DNA of 64,000 nucleotides from an uncultured Chloroflexia bacterium (GTDB lineage Bacteria; Chloroflexota; Limnocylindria; Limnocylindrales; CSP1-4). The stretch lies in NCBI GenBank assembly GCA_963789725.1, contig CAWBLU010000003.1:67170-131169 (forward strand). Direction: 5' to 3'. The position numbers and the translations under genes were made by a program. Positions within the stretch are counted from its first letter, which is position 1. Each line of letters starts with the position of its first letter. The notes beneath the pieces were generated by a model. That model was not told the DNA's origin, ran no database searches, and saw only the letters and a program-made list of their open reading frames with translations. Shown here piece after piece: positions 30,917 through 41,824 of this stretch.

Positions 30917-31315
30917 ATGAACGTCTCCGATCCGATTGCGGACATGCTGACTCGCATCCGCAACGCGTCGCGGGCGCGGCACGCGGACGTTGTCGTCCCG
31001 GCCTCGCGGACCAAGCGGGAGATCGCGCGAATCCTTCTTCAGGAAGGCTTCATCGCCGAGGTCCGCGAGGAACACGAAGGCGCCCGCCAGGTGCTTCGCG
31101 TCACGCTCAAATACGTTGATGGCAAGGCCCCGGTTGTCTCGGGCCTGAAGCGCATCAGCAAGCCCGGTTTGCGCGTATATGCGCGCAAGACCGAGATCCC
31201 CCGGGTGCTCGGTGGGCTCGGCCTCGTTATCGTCAGCACCAGCCAGGGCATCATGACCGGCGCGCAGGCTCACAAGGCCCAGCTCGGTGGTGAAGTCCTC
31301 GCGTACGTCTGGTAG
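30917..31315 (+). CDS. rpsH: 30S ribosomal protein S8
   Basis: S8 family ([13 protein letters not shown]). Confidence 0.95.
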   Translation: MNVSDPIADMLTRIRNASRARHADVVVPASRTKREIARILLQEGFIAEVREEHEGARQVLRVTLKYVDGKAPVVSGLKRISKPGLRVYARKTEIPRVLGGLGLVIVSTSQGIMTGAQAHKAQLGGEVLAYVW

Positions 31316-31322
31316 GCCGACG

Positions 31323-31874
31323 ATGTCACGAATTGGCCGTCTGCCCATCCAGGTTCCGTCCGGTGTCGACGTCTCGATCGTCGGCCGCGACATCACCGTA
31401 AACGGCCCCAAGGGCTCGCTTCATCGCGCACTCCATCCGGACATGCGCGTCACGATGGATGGCGCAACCATCGTCGTCGAGCGACCCAGCGAGGCCAAGC
31501 ACCACAAGCAGCTCCACGGCCTGACCCGAACGCTCGTCGCCAACATGGTGACCGGCGTGACGGCGGGGTACCGGAAGCCGCTCGAGATCACCGGCGTCGG
31601 CTACCGGGCCGCGAAGGTCGGAGAGAAGTTGCAGCTGAACCTCGGCTACAGCCATCCGATCGAGATCGTGCCCCCGGCCGGCATCAGCTTCGAAATCGAG
31701 AACCCGACGCACCTCGCGGTGTCCGGGATCGACAAGGAGCTGGTCGGCCAGGTCGCCGCCCAGGTCCGAGCAACCCGCAAGCCCGAGCCGTACAAGGGCA
31801 AGGGCGTCCACTACCTGGGCGAGACGATCCGTCGCAAGGCCGGCAAGGCCGGCAAGATCGGCGGCAAGAAGTGA
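31323..31874 (+). CDS. rplF: 50S ribosomal protein L6
   Basis: [15 protein letters not shown]... L6 family. The ORF-track start at 31287 is an artefact. Confidence 0.9.
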   Translation: MSRIGRLPIQVPSGVDVSIVGRDITVNGPKGSLHRALHPDMRVTMDGATIVVERPSEAKHHKQLHGLTRTLVANMVTGVTAGYRKPLEITGVGYRAAKVGEKLQLNLGYSHPIEIVPPAGISFEIENPTHLAVSGIDKELVGQVAAQVRATRKPEPYKGKGVHYLGETIRRKAGKAGKIGGKK

Positions 31875-31953
31875 GCCCGACGAGCATGACGAAGCGCCAG
31901 ACGCTTGCGCGGCTGACGCGGCGATTGCCCGCGCAATTGCGGGAGGGAGTTCG

Positions 31954-32316
31954 ATGACGCAGGTCGCCAGCCGCGGGGCCGCGCGCCAGAAGCGGCACGA
32001 GCGGATCAGGCTCCGCCTCTCGGGTTCGTCCGAGCGACCGCGCCTGGCTGTCTTCCGCAGCATCAACAACATCTATGCCCAGGTTATCGACGACACGTCC
32101 GGAAAGACTCTGGCCTCCGCCTCGAGCCTCGAAAAGGAGCTCAGGGCCTCCAGCCAGAAGAAGACCGAAGAAGCGAAGTCGGTCGGTCGCCTGATCGCCG
32201 AGCGCGCCCGGAGCGCGGGGGTCGAGCGGGTCGTCTTCGACCGGGCCGGGTTCCGGTACCACGGGCGGATCAAGTCCCTTGCGGATGCCGCCCGCGAAGC
32301 CGGCCTCGAGTTCTGA
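31954..32316 (+). CDS. rplR: 50S ribosomal protein L18
   Basis: L18 family. The ATG follows a GGGAGGGAG ribosome-binding site. Confidence 0.9.
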   Translation: MTQVASRGAARQKRHERIRLRLSGSSERPRLAVFRSINNIYAQVIDDTSGKTLASASSLEKELRASSQKKTEEAKSVGRLIAERARSAGVERVVFDRAGFRYHGRIKSLADAAREAGLEF

Positions 32317-32335
32317 CGACGAAGGAGCTGTTCAC

Positions 32336-32869
32336 TTGGCCAGGATCGATCCGAACAAGCTGACGCTCGAAGAGCGCGTCGTCCAAATCAACCGAGTTGC
32401 GAAGGTCGTCAAGGGCGGCCGCCGCTTCAGCTTCAGCGCGATCGTCGTCGTCGGCGATGGCAACGGTCACGTCGGTGTCGGCCTCGGCAAGGCCGGCGAA
32501 GTGCCCGAGTCCATCCGCAAGGGCGTCGAGGACGCAAAGAAGAACATCATCCGCATCCCGATGGTCGGGACGACGATCCCTCACGAAGTCCGGATGGACT
32601 TCGGGGCCTCGCGCATCATGCTCAAGCCCGCCTCCCAGGGAACCGGCGTCATCGCCGGCGGTGCGGTTCGCGCCGTCGTCGAGTCGGCCGGCATCCGAGA
32701 CATCCTGGCCAAGGTCTTCGGCTCGAGCAACCCCGTCAATGTGACTCGGGCGACGCTGGAGGCCCTCCGGAGCCTTCGCTCGGCCGAGGACATCAGCGCC
32801 ATGCGGGGAGTCCGCGTCCGATCGGTCGTGGCCGGCCAGCCCGCCGTGGAGGTTGGCAATGGCCGGTAA
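32336..32869 (+). CDS. rpsE: 30S ribosomal protein S5
   Basis: S5 family ([30 protein letters not shown]). The TTG start at 32336 lies 8 nt after a GAAGGAG ribosome-binding site. The ORF-track start at 32279 overlaps rplR and is rejected. Confidence 0.85.
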   Translation: MARIDPNKLTLEERVVQINRVAKVVKGGRRFSFSAIVVVGDGNGHVGVGLGKAGEVPESIRKGVEDAKKNIIRIPMVGTTIPHEVRMDFGASRIMLKPASQGTGVIAGGAVRAVVESAGIRDILAKVFGSSNPVNVTRATLEALRSLRSAEDISAMRGVRVRSVVAGQPAVEVGNGR

Positions 32870-33068
32870 GCTGCGCGTCACTCAGACCAAGAGCACGATC
32901 AGCCACATCGCCCGCAATCGCGGCACGATCAGGGCGCTCGGGCTGAACCGTATCGGCGACACCGTCGAGGTGCCCGACAACGAGGCCACGAGAGGGATGG
33001 TCCGCCAGGTCCGCTTCCTCGTAAAGGTCGAGGAGCTGCCCGAGGGCGGGTCCGAGGAGAAGCGATGA
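32859..33068 (+). CDS. rpmD: 50S ribosomal protein L30
   Basis: [37 protein letters not shown]... L30 family. The ATG lies 7 nt after a GGAGG ribosome-binding site. Confidence 0.85.
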   Translation: MAGKLRVTQTKSTISHIARNRGTIRALGLNRIGDTVEVPDNEATRGMVRQVRFLVKVEELPEGGSEEKR

Positions 33069-33757
33069 AGCTGCACGATCTTCGCCCGGCCGAAGGCAGC
33101 CACCGGGCGCGCACCCGCGTCGGCCGTGGCATCGCCGCCGGCCAGGGCAAGACCGCCGGTCGAGGCACGAAGGGCCAGAAGGCTCGGACGGGCGGCACGA
33201 TCCAGCCGTGGTTCGAGGGTGGACAGACCCCGATCCACATTCGTGTGCCGAAGCTGCGCGGGTTCAAGAACAAGTTCCGCATCGAGTACGAGATCGTGAA
33301 CGTCGGCCGCATCTCGGACCTGGCCGAGACCGGCATTCTCGACCTGCCCGAAGTCGAGGCGACCGCCGCCACGGCCAAGACCGCCAAAGCGGCCAAGCCG
33401 GCTCCGATCACGATCACGCCGGATATCCTGGCCGCGGCCGGGCTCATCAGGACGCTCAACAAGCCGCTCAAGGTCCTGGGTTTCGGCGACGTGACCAGGC
33501 CCCTCTTCATCGTGGCCGACGCGTTCAGCAAGAGCGCGACGACCAAGATCGAAGCGGCGGGTGGAAGCGCCCACGTGCTCGAATTCCCGGTTGCCGGCGA
33601 GTACGAGTCGTTCGGCTCCGCCGACGTCGACGCGCCGAGCGATGAGGAACCGGCTCCGGCCGCTCCCGCGAAGGCGAAGAAGGCCGCGAAGGCCGCACCA
33701 ACCGTAGAGACCCTCCCCCCGACGAGCTCGGCCGAAGAAGCCGGCTCGGAAGCATAG
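33065..33757 (+). CDS. rplO: 50S ribosomal protein L15 (with an Ala/Lys-rich insertion and C-terminal extension, 230 aa)
   Basis: L15 N-terminal signature ([24 protein letters not shown]). A long low-complexity C-terminal region reads ...[17 protein letters not shown].... Confidence 0.85.
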   Translation: MKLHDLRPAEGSHRARTRVGRGIAAGQGKTAGRGTKGQKARTGGTIQPWFEGGQTPIHIRVPKLRGFKNKFRIEYEIVNVGRISDLAETGILDLPEVEATAATAKTAKAAKPAPITITPDILAAAGLIRTLNKPLKVLGFGDVTRPLFIVADAFSKSATTKIEAAGGSAHVLEFPVAGEYESFGSADVDAPSDEEPAPAAPAKAKKAAKAAPTVETLPPTSSAEEAGSEA

Positions 33758-33772
33758 AAGGGCGCCTGAGCC

Positions 33773-35098
33773 ATGCTCGAGTCGATGCTGAACGCGTTCC
33801 GCGCGCCGGACATCCGCCGTCGGTTGCTGTTCGTGCTGGCGATTCTCGTGATCTACCGTGCCCTCGCGCACGTGCTGATCCCGGGCATCAACCCGGAACT
33901 GCTGACCTCCAAGACACCGGATAACGGCTTCTTCGGCCTGTTGTCGCTCTTCTCGGGCGGGGACATCCGGCGGATGTCGATCGTTGGGCTCGGGCTGAAC
34001 CCGTACATCAACGCCACCATCATCATGCAGATCCTGCAGTCGACGATCCCGCGGCTGCAGGCCTTGAGCCGCGAAGGCGAGTACGGCCGGAACCAGATAA
34101 CCAAGTACTCGCGCTACCTCTCGGTTCCGCTGGCCGCCCTCCAGGCCTACGGCATCCTTGCCTACGTTCAGGCGACTGAGCTGGGTGCCGGCGGCAGCGG
34201 CATTGCCCCGTACTCCGTGTCCTTCAGCTTCGAGAAGTACGAAAGCCTGAGCATGATCCTGGCCCTGACCGTGGGCTCGGTCCTGCTGATGTGGCTTGGC
34301 GAGTTGATAACCGAGAAGGGTATCGGCAACGGCATCAGCTTCATCATCTTCGCCGGTATTGTTTCCAGGGCGCCGGCCACGGTCGGTTCGTTCCTCGGCA
34401 GTCCGGACTGGCTGGAACTGTTCGCCTTCGCCATGGTGGGCCTGTTGATCGTCTTCGTGATCATCTTCGTCCAGGAGGGCCAGCGCCGGATCCCGATCCA
34501 ATACGCCAACAGGGTTCGCGGCCACCGCATCTACCAGGGCGGGTCCACCTTCCTGCCGTTGCGGGTCAACATGGCCGGCGTCATCCCGATCATCTTCGCC
34601 ATCAGCATTCTGCTGTTCCCGTACCAGATCGCCTCGTATTTCACCGCGTCGTCGGTCGGTTGGGTTCGCGACGTCTCCACCGGGGTCATTTCCTGGCTGA
34701 GCCCCTCGGGCATCTTCTACATGAGCCTGTACTTCCTCTTGACCTTCGCGTTCGCGTTCTTCTATACGTTCATCGTCTTCAAACCGGATGAGACCGCCAA
34801 CAATCTGCGGAAATCCGGCGGCTTCATACCGGGGATCCGACCCGGCCTGCCCACGGAGGAGTACCTCCGCCGTGTGGCTCTCCGGATCACCGTGGCCGGC
34901 GCGATATTCGTCGCCACGGTGGCGGTCCTGCCGTTCCTGATGGGCGCCTTGCCGATGTTCAAGAACCTTGCCAGCGCCGGTGTCGGCGTCCAGCTTGGCG
35001 GCACGAGCATCCTCATCGTCGTCAGCGTCGTCGTCGAGACGATGAAGCAGCTGGAAGCCCAGTTGATGATGCGGAGCTACGAAGGTTTCATCAGGTGA
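33773..35098 (+). CDS. secY: Protein translocase subunit SecY
   Basis: A 10-TM SecY family protein in its canonical position after rplO. Confidence 0.95.
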   Translation: MLESMLNAFRAPDIRRRLLFVLAILVIYRALAHVLIPGINPELLTSKTPDNGFFGLLSLFSGGDIRRMSIVGLGLNPYINATIIMQILQSTIPRLQALSREGEYGRNQITKYSRYLSVPLAALQAYGILAYVQATELGAGGSGIAPYSVSFSFEKYESLSMILALTVGSVLLMWLGELITEKGIGNGISFIIFAGIVSRAPATVGSFLGSPDWLELFAFAMVGLLIVFVIIFVQEGQRRIPIQYANRVRGHRIYQGGSTFLPLRVNMAGVIPIIFAISILLFPYQIASYFTASSVGWVRDVSTGVISWLSPSGIFYMSLYFLLTFAFAFFYTFIVFKPDETANNLRKSGGFIPGIRPGLPTEEYLRRVALRITVAGAIFVATVAVLPFLMGALPMFKNLASAGVGVQLGGTSILIVVSVVVETMKQLEAQLMMRSYEGFIR

Positions 35099-35775
35099 CG
35101 GCCTCGATCGGAAGGGTCGTTGTCCTGCTCGGCGCCCCCGGCGCGGGCAAGGGCACGCAGGCCCAGATTCTCTCCGAGCGGCTGGGCCTGGCCCATGTCG
35201 CCACGGGCGACCTGTTCCGGGCTGCCGTTCGCGACGAGACTCCGCTCGGCGTGACCGCCAAGGGCTTCATGGACCGCGGCGAGCTCGTGCCCGACGCGGT
35301 CACAATCGAGATGCTCCTCGAGCGGCTGGCCAAGCCCGATGCCGCGGCCGGGATCCTGCTCGACGGCTTCCCGCGCAACACCGCCCAGGCCGAGGTTCTG
35401 GACAAGGCCCTCGCTGAAAAGGGCGGCGGCGTTGACGTCGCCCCGTACATCGAAGTCCCCGAAGCCGATCTCGTCGCCCGCCTCGGCGGCCGCTGGATCT
35501 GCCGCGCCCAGGGCCACCCGTACCACGAGCTGACCAAGAAGCCGATCAAGCCCGGCATCTGCGATGTCGACGGGTCGGAGCTCTATCAGCGCGACGACGA
35601 CAAGCCGGCCACGGTCCAGGCCCGCCTGCGCCAGCAGCTCGGAGCCCTCGACACAGTCGTCGACTACTATCGCGGGCACGGCGTCCTTCGGGCCGTCGAC
35701 GGTCGCGGCGCCATAGACAAGGTCAGCGGCGACCTCCTCGCCGCAATCGTCCCGGCCACCGCCGGCAACGAGTAG
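35095..35775 (+). CDS. adk: Adenylate kinase
   Basis: P-loop GAPGAGKGTQ plus a lid domain. The GTG start overlaps the secY stop. Confidence 0.9.
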   Translation: MTASIGRVVVLLGAPGAGKGTQAQILSERLGLAHVATGDLFRAAVRDETPLGVTAKGFMDRGELVPDAVTIEMLLERLAKPDAAAGILLDGFPRNTAQAEVLDKALAEKGGGVDVAPYIEVPEADLVARLGGRWICRAQGHPYHELTKKPIKPGICDVDGSELYQRDDDKPATVQARLRQQLGALDTVVDYYRGHGVLRAVDGRGAIDKVSGDLLAAIVPATAGNE

Positions 35776-35785
35776 GCATCGAAAC

Positions 35786-36535
35786 GTGCTCATCCCCCAC
35801 AGGACCCGTCAGGAGATCGAACTGATGCGACACGCCGGGCGTGTCGTCGCAGACGTTCTCGCCCTGATGGAGGAGGAGCTGAAGCCCGGGGTCACGACGG
35901 CGCACCTCGACGCCATCGCCGAGGCATACATCCGCAAGGCCGGCGCCAGGCCCTCGTTCAAGGGCTACAAGGGCTTCCCGGCGAGCATCTGCGTCTCGAT
36001 CGACGACGAGGTCGTGCACGGCATACCGGGCAGCCGCCTCATCGAAGAGGGCCAGGTCGTTTCCGTCGATGCCGGTGCCATCTGGCAGGGCTACCACGGC
36101 GACGCCGCCCGGACTTTCTATGTCGGCCGGCCGCCCGCGGACGTGGCCCGGCTGATGGAAACGACACGCCTGGCCCTGATGGCGGGTATCGCCGCGGCGG
36201 TGCCGGGTTCGCATGTCGAGGACGTTTCCGGGGCCGTGGAAGACGTGGCCGTGGACGGCCGGTGCGACATCGTCAGGCCGTTCGTCGGCCACGGCATCGG
36301 CACCAAGATGCACGAGGACGTCCAGGTCCCCAACTATCGGACCGGTCGTCTCGGCGCCGCGCTTGACCCGGGCGTGTGCATTGCCATAGAGCCGATGCTT
36401 GCGCTCGGCAGCGCCGACGTCGAGACTCTCGCCGACGGCTGGACGGTCGTAACGACCGACCATTCATTGGCCGCCCACTTCGAGCACACGATCGCTGTGA
36501 CTGAGAATGGGCCTGTCATCTTGACTACGGCATGA
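35786..36535 (+). CDS. map: Type I methionine aminopeptidase
   Basis: Metal ligands of the MAP family appear in context (D...D...H...E...E), with HGIGTKMHED and the EHT motif. Confidence 0.9.
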   Translation: MLIPHRTRQEIELMRHAGRVVADVLALMEEELKPGVTTAHLDAIAEAYIRKAGARPSFKGYKGFPASICVSIDDEVVHGIPGSRLIEEGQVVSVDAGAIWQGYHGDAARTFYVGRPPADVARLMETTRLALMAGIAAAVPGSHVEDVSGAVEDVAVDGRCDIVRPFVGHGIGTKMHEDVQVPNYRTGRLGAALDPGVCIAIEPMLALGSADVETLADGWTVVTTDHSLAAHFEHTIAVTENGPVILTTA

Positions 36536-36601
36536 ACGAGATCGATCCGGGCCGGCTCGTCACCGAGTCGGTCAATCCGGCCGGCCTTGTTGGTGAAGAA
36601 A

Positions 36602-36630
36602 CCGGCTCCTTGCCGGGCACAGGGTTTTTT
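36602..36630 (+). terminator. Candidate hairpin followed by a T6 tract between map and infA
   Basis: The hairpin ccggc-tcctt-gccgg is followed within 8 nt by gggttttttgg. This is the only T6 run seen in the window. Weak and non-canonical spacing. Confidence 0.2.
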
Positions 36631-36700
36631 GGTAACCTGTTCGTTCGTGTGTCGGCCGCGCAGGCCGGCATTCGTGCGAGAAAGGGACGACACACAGAAC

Positions 36701-36919
36701 GTGGCTAAGAAGGACGCGATAGAGGTCGAGGGAACTGTGTTGGAGCCATTGCCCAACACGATGTTCGCCGTCGAACTCGAGAACGGCCACCGCGTTCTGG
36801 CACACATCTCAGGCAAGCTGCGAATGAACTTCATCCGCATCCTGCCCGGAGACCGGGTCAGAGTAGAGCTCTCGCCCTACGACCTGACTCGCGGTCGAAT
36901 AACGTATCGGCTCAAGTAA
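36701..36919 (+). CDS. infA: Translation initiation factor IF-1
   Basis: GTG start giving [72 protein letters not shown]. The ORF-track start at 36587 is an upstream artefact. Confidence 0.9.
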   Translation: MAKKDAIEVEGTVLEPLPNTMFAVELENGHRVLAHISGKLRMNFIRILPGDRVRVELSPYDLTRGRITYRLK

Positions 36920-36953
36920 CGCCGCCGAAAGCATCGAAACCGTCGAGGATCCC

Positions 36954-37067
36954 TTGAAAGTCAGAGCATCCGTCAAGGCCCGCTGCGACAACTGCAAAGT
37001 AATCCGCCGGCACGGGACCGTGATGGTCATCTGCGCCAATCCCAAGCACAAGCAGCGGCAGGGGTAG
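36954..37067 (+). CDS. rpmJ: 50S ribosomal protein L36
   Basis: A 37-aa ORF below the track size cut-off: (M)[36 protein letters not shown]. The TTG start lies 5 nt after GAGGA. A C-x2-C-x12-C-x4-H zinc motif is present. Confidence 0.8.
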   Translation: MKVRASVKARCDNCKVIRRHGTVMVICANPKHKQRQG

Positions 37068-37070
37068 GGT

Positions 37071-37448
37071 ATGGCACGTATCGCAGGCATCGACATCCCG
37101 CGTGAAAAACGGGTCGAGATCGCCCTCACCTATATCTACGGGATTGGTCTTCCCACCAGCCAGAAGATCCTCGCCCAGGCGAACGTCAATCCGGACACCC
37201 GCGTCCGCGATCTGACCGAGGAGCAGGTCAACCGGCTGCGAGAGATCATCGACCGACGTCACAAGGTAGAAGGTGACCTTCGCCGCGAGGTCGCTCTCAA
37301 CATCAAGCGGTTGATCGAGATCGGCTCTTACCGGGGCACGCGCCATCGGCGCAACCTCCCGGCCCGGGGCCAGCGAACCAAGACCAACGCACGGCAGCGC
37401 CGCGGACCCAAAAAGACGGTCGGCGTCCGTCGCAAGGCGACGAAGTAA
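37071..37448 (+). CDS. rpsM: 30S ribosomal protein S13
   Basis: [26 protein letters not shown]... S13 family. Confidence 0.95.
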   Translation: MARIAGIDIPREKRVEIALTYIYGIGLPTSQKILAQANVNPDTRVRDLTEEQVNRLREIIDRRHKVEGDLRREVALNIKRLIEIGSYRGTRHRRNLPARGQRTKTNARQRRGPKKTVGVRRKATK

Positions 37449-37466
37449 GAGGAGCCGGACGCAGGA

Positions 37467-37862
37467 ATGGCCGAACGCAAGCGGGCTACCAAGCAGCGCC
37501 GCCGGGAGAAGAAGAACGTACCCCAGGGGCACGTTCACATCCAGGCGAGCTTCAACAACACGATCATTACGATCACCGATCCCAACGGCAACGTGATCAG
37601 CTGGGGCTCCGCCGGCATCGCCGGTTTCAAGGGCTCCCGGAAGAGCACGCCTTACGCCGCGGCGCAGTCTGCCGACATGGCCGCCAAGAAGGCCATGGAG
37701 CACGGCATGCGCCAGGTCGAGGTCTACGTCAAGGGACCCGGCGCCGGCCGCGAGCAGGCGATCCGCTCGCTCCAGGCCGCCGGCCTCGAGGTGAGCGCCA
37801 TCACCGACGTGACCCCCGTCCCCCACAACGGATGCCGCCCGCCCAAGCGGCGCCGCGTGTAG
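37467..37862 (+). CDS. rpsK: 30S ribosomal protein S11
   Basis: S11 family ([19 protein letters not shown]). Confidence 0.95.
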   Translation: MAERKRATKQRRREKKNVPQGHVHIQASFNNTIITITDPNGNVISWGSAGIAGFKGSRKSTPYAAAQSADMAAKKAMEHGMRQVEVYVKGPGAGREQAIRSLQAAGLEVSAITDVTPVPHNGCRPPKRRRV

Positions 37863-37874
37863 GAGGAGGGACCG

Positions 37875-38501
37875 ATGGCTCGCTATACCGACCCCGTCTG
37901 CCGGCTGTGCCGCCGGGAGGGCGCCAAGCTCTTCCTCAAGGGCACGCGCTGCTACTCCAAGAAGTGCTCTTTCGAGCGCCGCCAGGCGCCCCCCGGACAG
38001 CATGGCGTCCGTCGCCGCAAGGTCGGCGACTACGGCATGCAGCTCCGTGAGAAGCAGAAGATACGTCGCGTCTATTCGGTGCTCGAGCGCCAGTTCCAGG
38101 GCTACTTCGAAGTGGCCAACTCGACACCCGGTGTGACCGGCGAGAACCTCCTGCGCATCCTGGAACTCCGCTTCGACAACATCGTCTATCGCATGGGTTT
38201 CGCGGTGTCTCGGGCGGAAGCACGCCAGATGGTGGGCCACGCCCATTTCGCCGTGAACGGGCGCGTCACCAACATCCCGTCGCTGCAGCTCCGGCCGGGC
38301 GACAAGATCGAGGTCCGCGAGACGCATCGCACCCGCGAACCGTTCAAGGAAGCCGTCGAGGTCATCAAGTCACGCCAGGTGCCGGAATGGCTCAGCGTCG
38401 ACGGTGCGAAACTCGCCGGGTCGGTCCTATCCGCTCCGCGCCGCGACCAGATGCCGCTCGATCTCAACGAGCAGCTCGTGGTCGAGTACTACTCGAGGTA
38501 A
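37875..38501 (+). CDS. rpsD: 30S ribosomal protein S4 (Zn-ribbon type)
   Basis: [16 protein letters not shown]...CYSKKC at the N-terminus, followed by an S4 RNA-binding domain. Confidence 0.95.
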   Translation: MARYTDPVCRLCRREGAKLFLKGTRCYSKKCSFERRQAPPGQHGVRRRKVGDYGMQLREKQKIRRVYSVLERQFQGYFEVANSTPGVTGENLLRILELRFDNIVYRMGFAVSRAEARQMVGHAHFAVNGRVTNIPSLQLRPGDKIEVRETHRTREPFKEAVEVIKSRQVPEWLSVDGAKLAGSVLSAPRRDQMPLDLNEQLVVEYYSR

Positions 38502-38510
38502 CGCAGCCCG

Positions 38511-39521
38511 ATGATCGAACTCGAGAGCCCGCAGATCGCGCCGGTCGAAGAGCTAGGCTCGTACGCCAAGTACGAGGCCAGCCCGCTACCGGCCGGCTAC
38601 GGCGTCACTCTGGGCAACGCCCTTCGACGCGTCCTGCTCTCGTCGCTCGAGGGCGCGGCCGTGACGGCCATCCAGATCCGTGACGTCTACCACGAATTTA
38701 CGAGCATTCCCGGCGTGAAAGAGGACGTGACTCAGATCGTCCTCAACGTCAAGAAGCTCCGCCTCAAGAGCTTTGCGACCCATCCGGTCCAGCTCAAGCT
38801 CATCAAGAGCGGCGCCGGTCTCGTGACAGCCGCCGACATCCAGGAATCGGCCGACGTCGAGGTCATCAACTCGGACCTGCCGATCATGACCCTGGACTCG
38901 GACGACGTGACCATCGAGATGGACCTGACGGTCGAAAAGGGCGTCGGCTACATGGCCGCCGAGCGCTCCGAGTCGAACCCGATCGGCGTCATTCCGGTCG
39001 ACGCGATCTTCACACCGGTCCGCAAGGTCAACTACTCGATCGAGAACACACGCGTCGGCCAGATGACCAACTACGACAAGCTGACCATCGAACTCGAGAC
39101 CGACGGCACGATCTCGCCCGAAGAGGCGCTCGGCCGAGCCGCGGACATCCTGGTTCGCCAGTTCTCGCTGTTCGCCAACATAGGCCTCGTCGCTGCCGGC
39201 ACCGACCGCGTCGCGACGAACGTCCCGCAGCTCCCCCCGAACATGCTCGACATGCCGATCGAGGAGCTGGACCTGCCGATGCGGGCCTACAACTCGTTGA
39301 AGCGCAACAACATCGTCAAGGTTGGCCAGCTGCTCCAGCTATCCGACGACGACCTGCTCCGAATGCGCAACTTCGGCAAGAAGTCGCTCGACGAGATGAA
39401 GGAACGGCTGCGAATGCGTGGCTTCATCCTCCCCGAAAGCGACGATTCGGTCCTCGGCGACGATCTCGACGACGTCGAAGAGGAAGATCAGTTCGACGAT
39501 CTGCCCCCTGAGGAGGCCTGA
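38511..39521 (+). CDS. rpoA: DNA-directed RNA polymerase subunit alpha
   Basis: Alpha N-terminal domain plus a C-terminal domain (helix-hairpin-helix), with an acidic tail. Confidence 0.95.
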   Translation: MIELESPQIAPVEELGSYAKYEASPLPAGYGVTLGNALRRVLLSSLEGAAVTAIQIRDVYHEFTSIPGVKEDVTQIVLNVKKLRLKSFATHPVQLKLIKSGAGLVTAADIQESADVEVINSDLPIMTLDSDDVTIEMDLTVEKGVGYMAAERSESNPIGVIPVDAIFTPVRKVNYSIENTRVGQMTNYDKLTIELETDGTISPEEALGRAADILVRQFSLFANIGLVAAGTDRVATNVPQLPPNMLDMPIEELDLPMRAYNSLKRNNIVKVGQLLQLSDDDLLRMRNFGKKSLDEMKERLRMRGFILPESDDSVLGDDLDDVEEEDQFDDLPPEEA

Positions 39522-39524
39522 GCA

Positions 39525-39878
39525 ATGGCCCATCGAATCGACGGCCGGAAGCTCGGCCGCAAGCAGGGTCCGCGCCTTGCCCTCTACAAGAACCTGACCG
39601 TGTCGGTCCTCCGCTACGAGCGGATCCAGACCACCGAGGCCAAGGCCAAGGAGATCCGGGGTCGCGTCGAGAAGATGATCACGCTGGCCAAGCGAGGCGA
39701 CCTTGCCGCTCGCCGGACGGTGATCGCCGAATTCCCGAATGAACCGCTCGTCGTGACGAAGCTCTTCGATGAGATTGCCCCCAAGTACGCCGATAGGACC
39801 TCCGGCTTCACCCGGATCGTCCACCTCGGCCAGCGTTACGGCGACGCGGCGCCGATCGTTCAGATCGAATTGGTCTGA
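39525..39878 (+). CDS. rplQ: 50S ribosomal protein L17
   Basis: L17 family. Confidence 0.95.
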   Translation: MAHRIDGRKLGRKQGPRLALYKNLTVSVLRYERIQTTEAKAKEIRGRVEKMITLAKRGDLAARRTVIAEFPNEPLVVTKLFDEIAPKYADRTSGFTRIVHLGQRYGDAAPIVQIELV

Positions 39879-40011
39879 TGTCCACTCTGCCGGCCCATGG
39901 CTTCGTTGCCGCCTCCGCGCCCTGGCTCGGGTGCTCGACGGCGCCTCGCCCTGGGCACGTCGGAGCGGACATCAGGTAATCACGGCTAAAGGCGTCCGAG
40001 AGGACACCCCG

Positions 40012-40815
40012 TTGCGCTACCGCGCAACGGTGGAATACGACGGCACGGACTTCGCCGGGTTCCAGGTTCAACCGGGGGCTCGGACGGTCCAGGGAGAACT
40101 CGAAGCCGCGCTGGCCAGGATCTCGGGCGCAAGCCCTGTCAGGGTCGTCGCGGCGGGTCGAACCGATGCCGGGGTCCACGCTGTTGGGCAAGTGATCGCA
40201 TTCACTGACCCGAAGGGCAGGCCGGCGGAGGAACTGGCCAGGGCGCTTGACGCCCTGCTGCCGGAAGACGTGGCAATCCGAGAGGTGCGGCGCGTCCCGA
40301 CCGGGTTCCACCCGCGCTACGCGGCGCGATATCGGGAGTATCGCTACACCGTCTGGAACGGGCCGCGAAGCCCGCTTCGCGAGCGTCTTGCGCTCGGGGT
40401 GCGGGACCCGCTGGATATCGCCGCGATGGAGCGGGCCGGGTCGGTTCTTGTGGGCCGTCACGACTTCAGCGCCTTCGGGGCAGCGCACCTGCAACCGGTG
40501 CGGACCGTGCACTCGGTCCGAGTCCGGAAAACGGGATCGGTCGTGACGATAGACGTCGCCGCGGACGCGTTCCTGCGACAGATGGTGCGAAGGATCGTGG
40601 CCGTCCTCCTGGAGGCCGGTCACGGCAGGACAAACGAAGAGGCAGTCGCCGCGGCGCTCGCGTCGGGGCGGCCGGCTCAGAACGGGGCCGCGGCTCCTGC
40701 GAAGGGCCTCTGCCTCCAGCGCGTCGTCCTTGGGCCGATGAGGGCCAGAACGGCGTCGGCAAGCACGATCGCCAGAACGGAGAACGATGACCGCGAAGAC
40801 TTATACGGTCCGTGA
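40012..40815 (+). CDS. truA: tRNA pseudouridine(38-40) synthase
   Basis: (M)[20 protein letters not shown]...RTDAGVHA is the TruA catalytic motif. A TTG start at 40012 is preferred, preceded by GAGAGGA. The ORF-track start at 39769 would overlap rplQ by 110 nt. Confidence 0.75.
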   Translation: MRYRATVEYDGTDFAGFQVQPGARTVQGELEAALARISGASPVRVVAAGRTDAGVHAVGQVIAFTDPKGRPAEELARALDALLPEDVAIREVRRVPTGFHPRYAARYREYRYTVWNGPRSPLRERLALGVRDPLDIAAMERAGSVLVGRHDFSAFGAAHLQPVRTVHSVRVRKTGSVVTIDVAADAFLRQMVRRIVAVLLEAGHGRTNEEAVAAALASGRPAQNGAAAPAKGLCLQRVVLGPMRARTASASTIARTENDDREDLYGP

Positions 40816-41218
40816 GAGCGAGATCGAGCGACGCTGGTACGTCGTGGACGCGACGGACGAAACGCTCGGCCGTCTTGCGTCGCGCATCGCTCGAGTGCTC
40901 GAAGGCAAGAACAAGCCCCTGTACAGCCCCACGCTCGACAGTGGCGACCACGTCGTTGTCGTCAACGCGGGCAAGATCCACGTTACGTCGAACAAGAAGG
41001 AATCCAAGCTTTACATGCGCCACAGCGGCTACCCGCACGGTCTCAAGGAAGAGACTCTGGGCCACCTGCTGGAGCGCCGACCCGAAGAAGTGATCCGCCG
41101 CGCGGTCAAGGGGATGCTTCCCCACAACCGCCTCGGTGCCCAGCAGATCACCAAGCTAAAGGTTTATGCCAGCGCGGACCACCCGCACCAGGCCCAGCGG
41201 CCCGAGCCGCTCGCCTGA
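40787..41218 (+). CDS. rplM: 50S ribosomal protein L13
   Basis: L13 family (RWYVVDA...LGRLAS). Confidence 0.95.
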   Translation: MTAKTYTVRESEIERRWYVVDATDETLGRLASRIARVLEGKNKPLYSPTLDSGDHVVVVNAGKIHVTSNKKESKLYMRHSGYPHGLKEETLGHLLERRPEEVIRRAVKGMLPHNRLGAQQITKLKVYASADHPHQAQRPEPLA

Positions 41219-41226
41219 CGAGGAGC

Positions 41227-41628
41227 GTGATGACCACCCCTGCCTTCTTCTACGGGACCGGTCGCCGCAAGACCGCGGTGGCTCGTGTCCGACTCGTGCC
41301 CGGTTCGGGCGAGATCGTCGTCAACGACCGAAGCCTGGACGCGCACTTCGGCAACGCGATCGATGAGGCCGACGTCCGGATGCCGTTTCGCGTCACCGGG
41401 ACCGAGGGCGCGTACAACGCCCAGATCAAAGTCGAGGGCGGCGGCGTGACCGGCCAAGCCGGCGCCATTCGTCACGGGATCGCCCGGGCCTTGCTCCAGA
41501 TGGACCCCGAGGGTCACCGTCTCCCGCTTCGCCAGGCCGGGCTGCTCAGCCGCGACCCGCGAATGAAGGAGCGCAAGAAGTACGGTCTCAAGCGAGCTCG
41601 CAAGGCGCCGCAGTACACGAAGCGATAG
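41227..41628 (+). CDS. rpsI: 30S ribosomal protein S9
   Basis: S9 family. C-terminus ...[17 protein letters not shown]. Confidence 0.95.
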   Translation: MMTTPAFFYGTGRRKTAVARVRLVPGSGEIVVNDRSLDAHFGNAIDEADVRMPFRVTGTEGAYNAQIKVEGGGVTGQAGAIRHGIARALLQMDPEGHRLPLRQAGLLSRDPRMKERKKYGLKRARKAPQYTKR

Positions 41629-41824
41629 CGACGGTTCCAGTCACTCGACATATACGGCACGCGTCGGCTTCACCCGGCGCGTGCTTTGGTTTTCGCCCGG
41701 GGCCGGCGGCCGCAGGGCTCGCGGTGCTTCGGGGCAACTTGGGCAGCTGGCGTAGGACGATGCGCCCGCGCCGGTCGGCTCACGTACCCGAGACGCCTGC
41801 GGCGCCAGAAGTCATCATGTAGCT

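Noticed and set aside
32882-34525. 547-aa minus-strand ORF
   Set aside because: Antisense to rpmD, rplO and secY.
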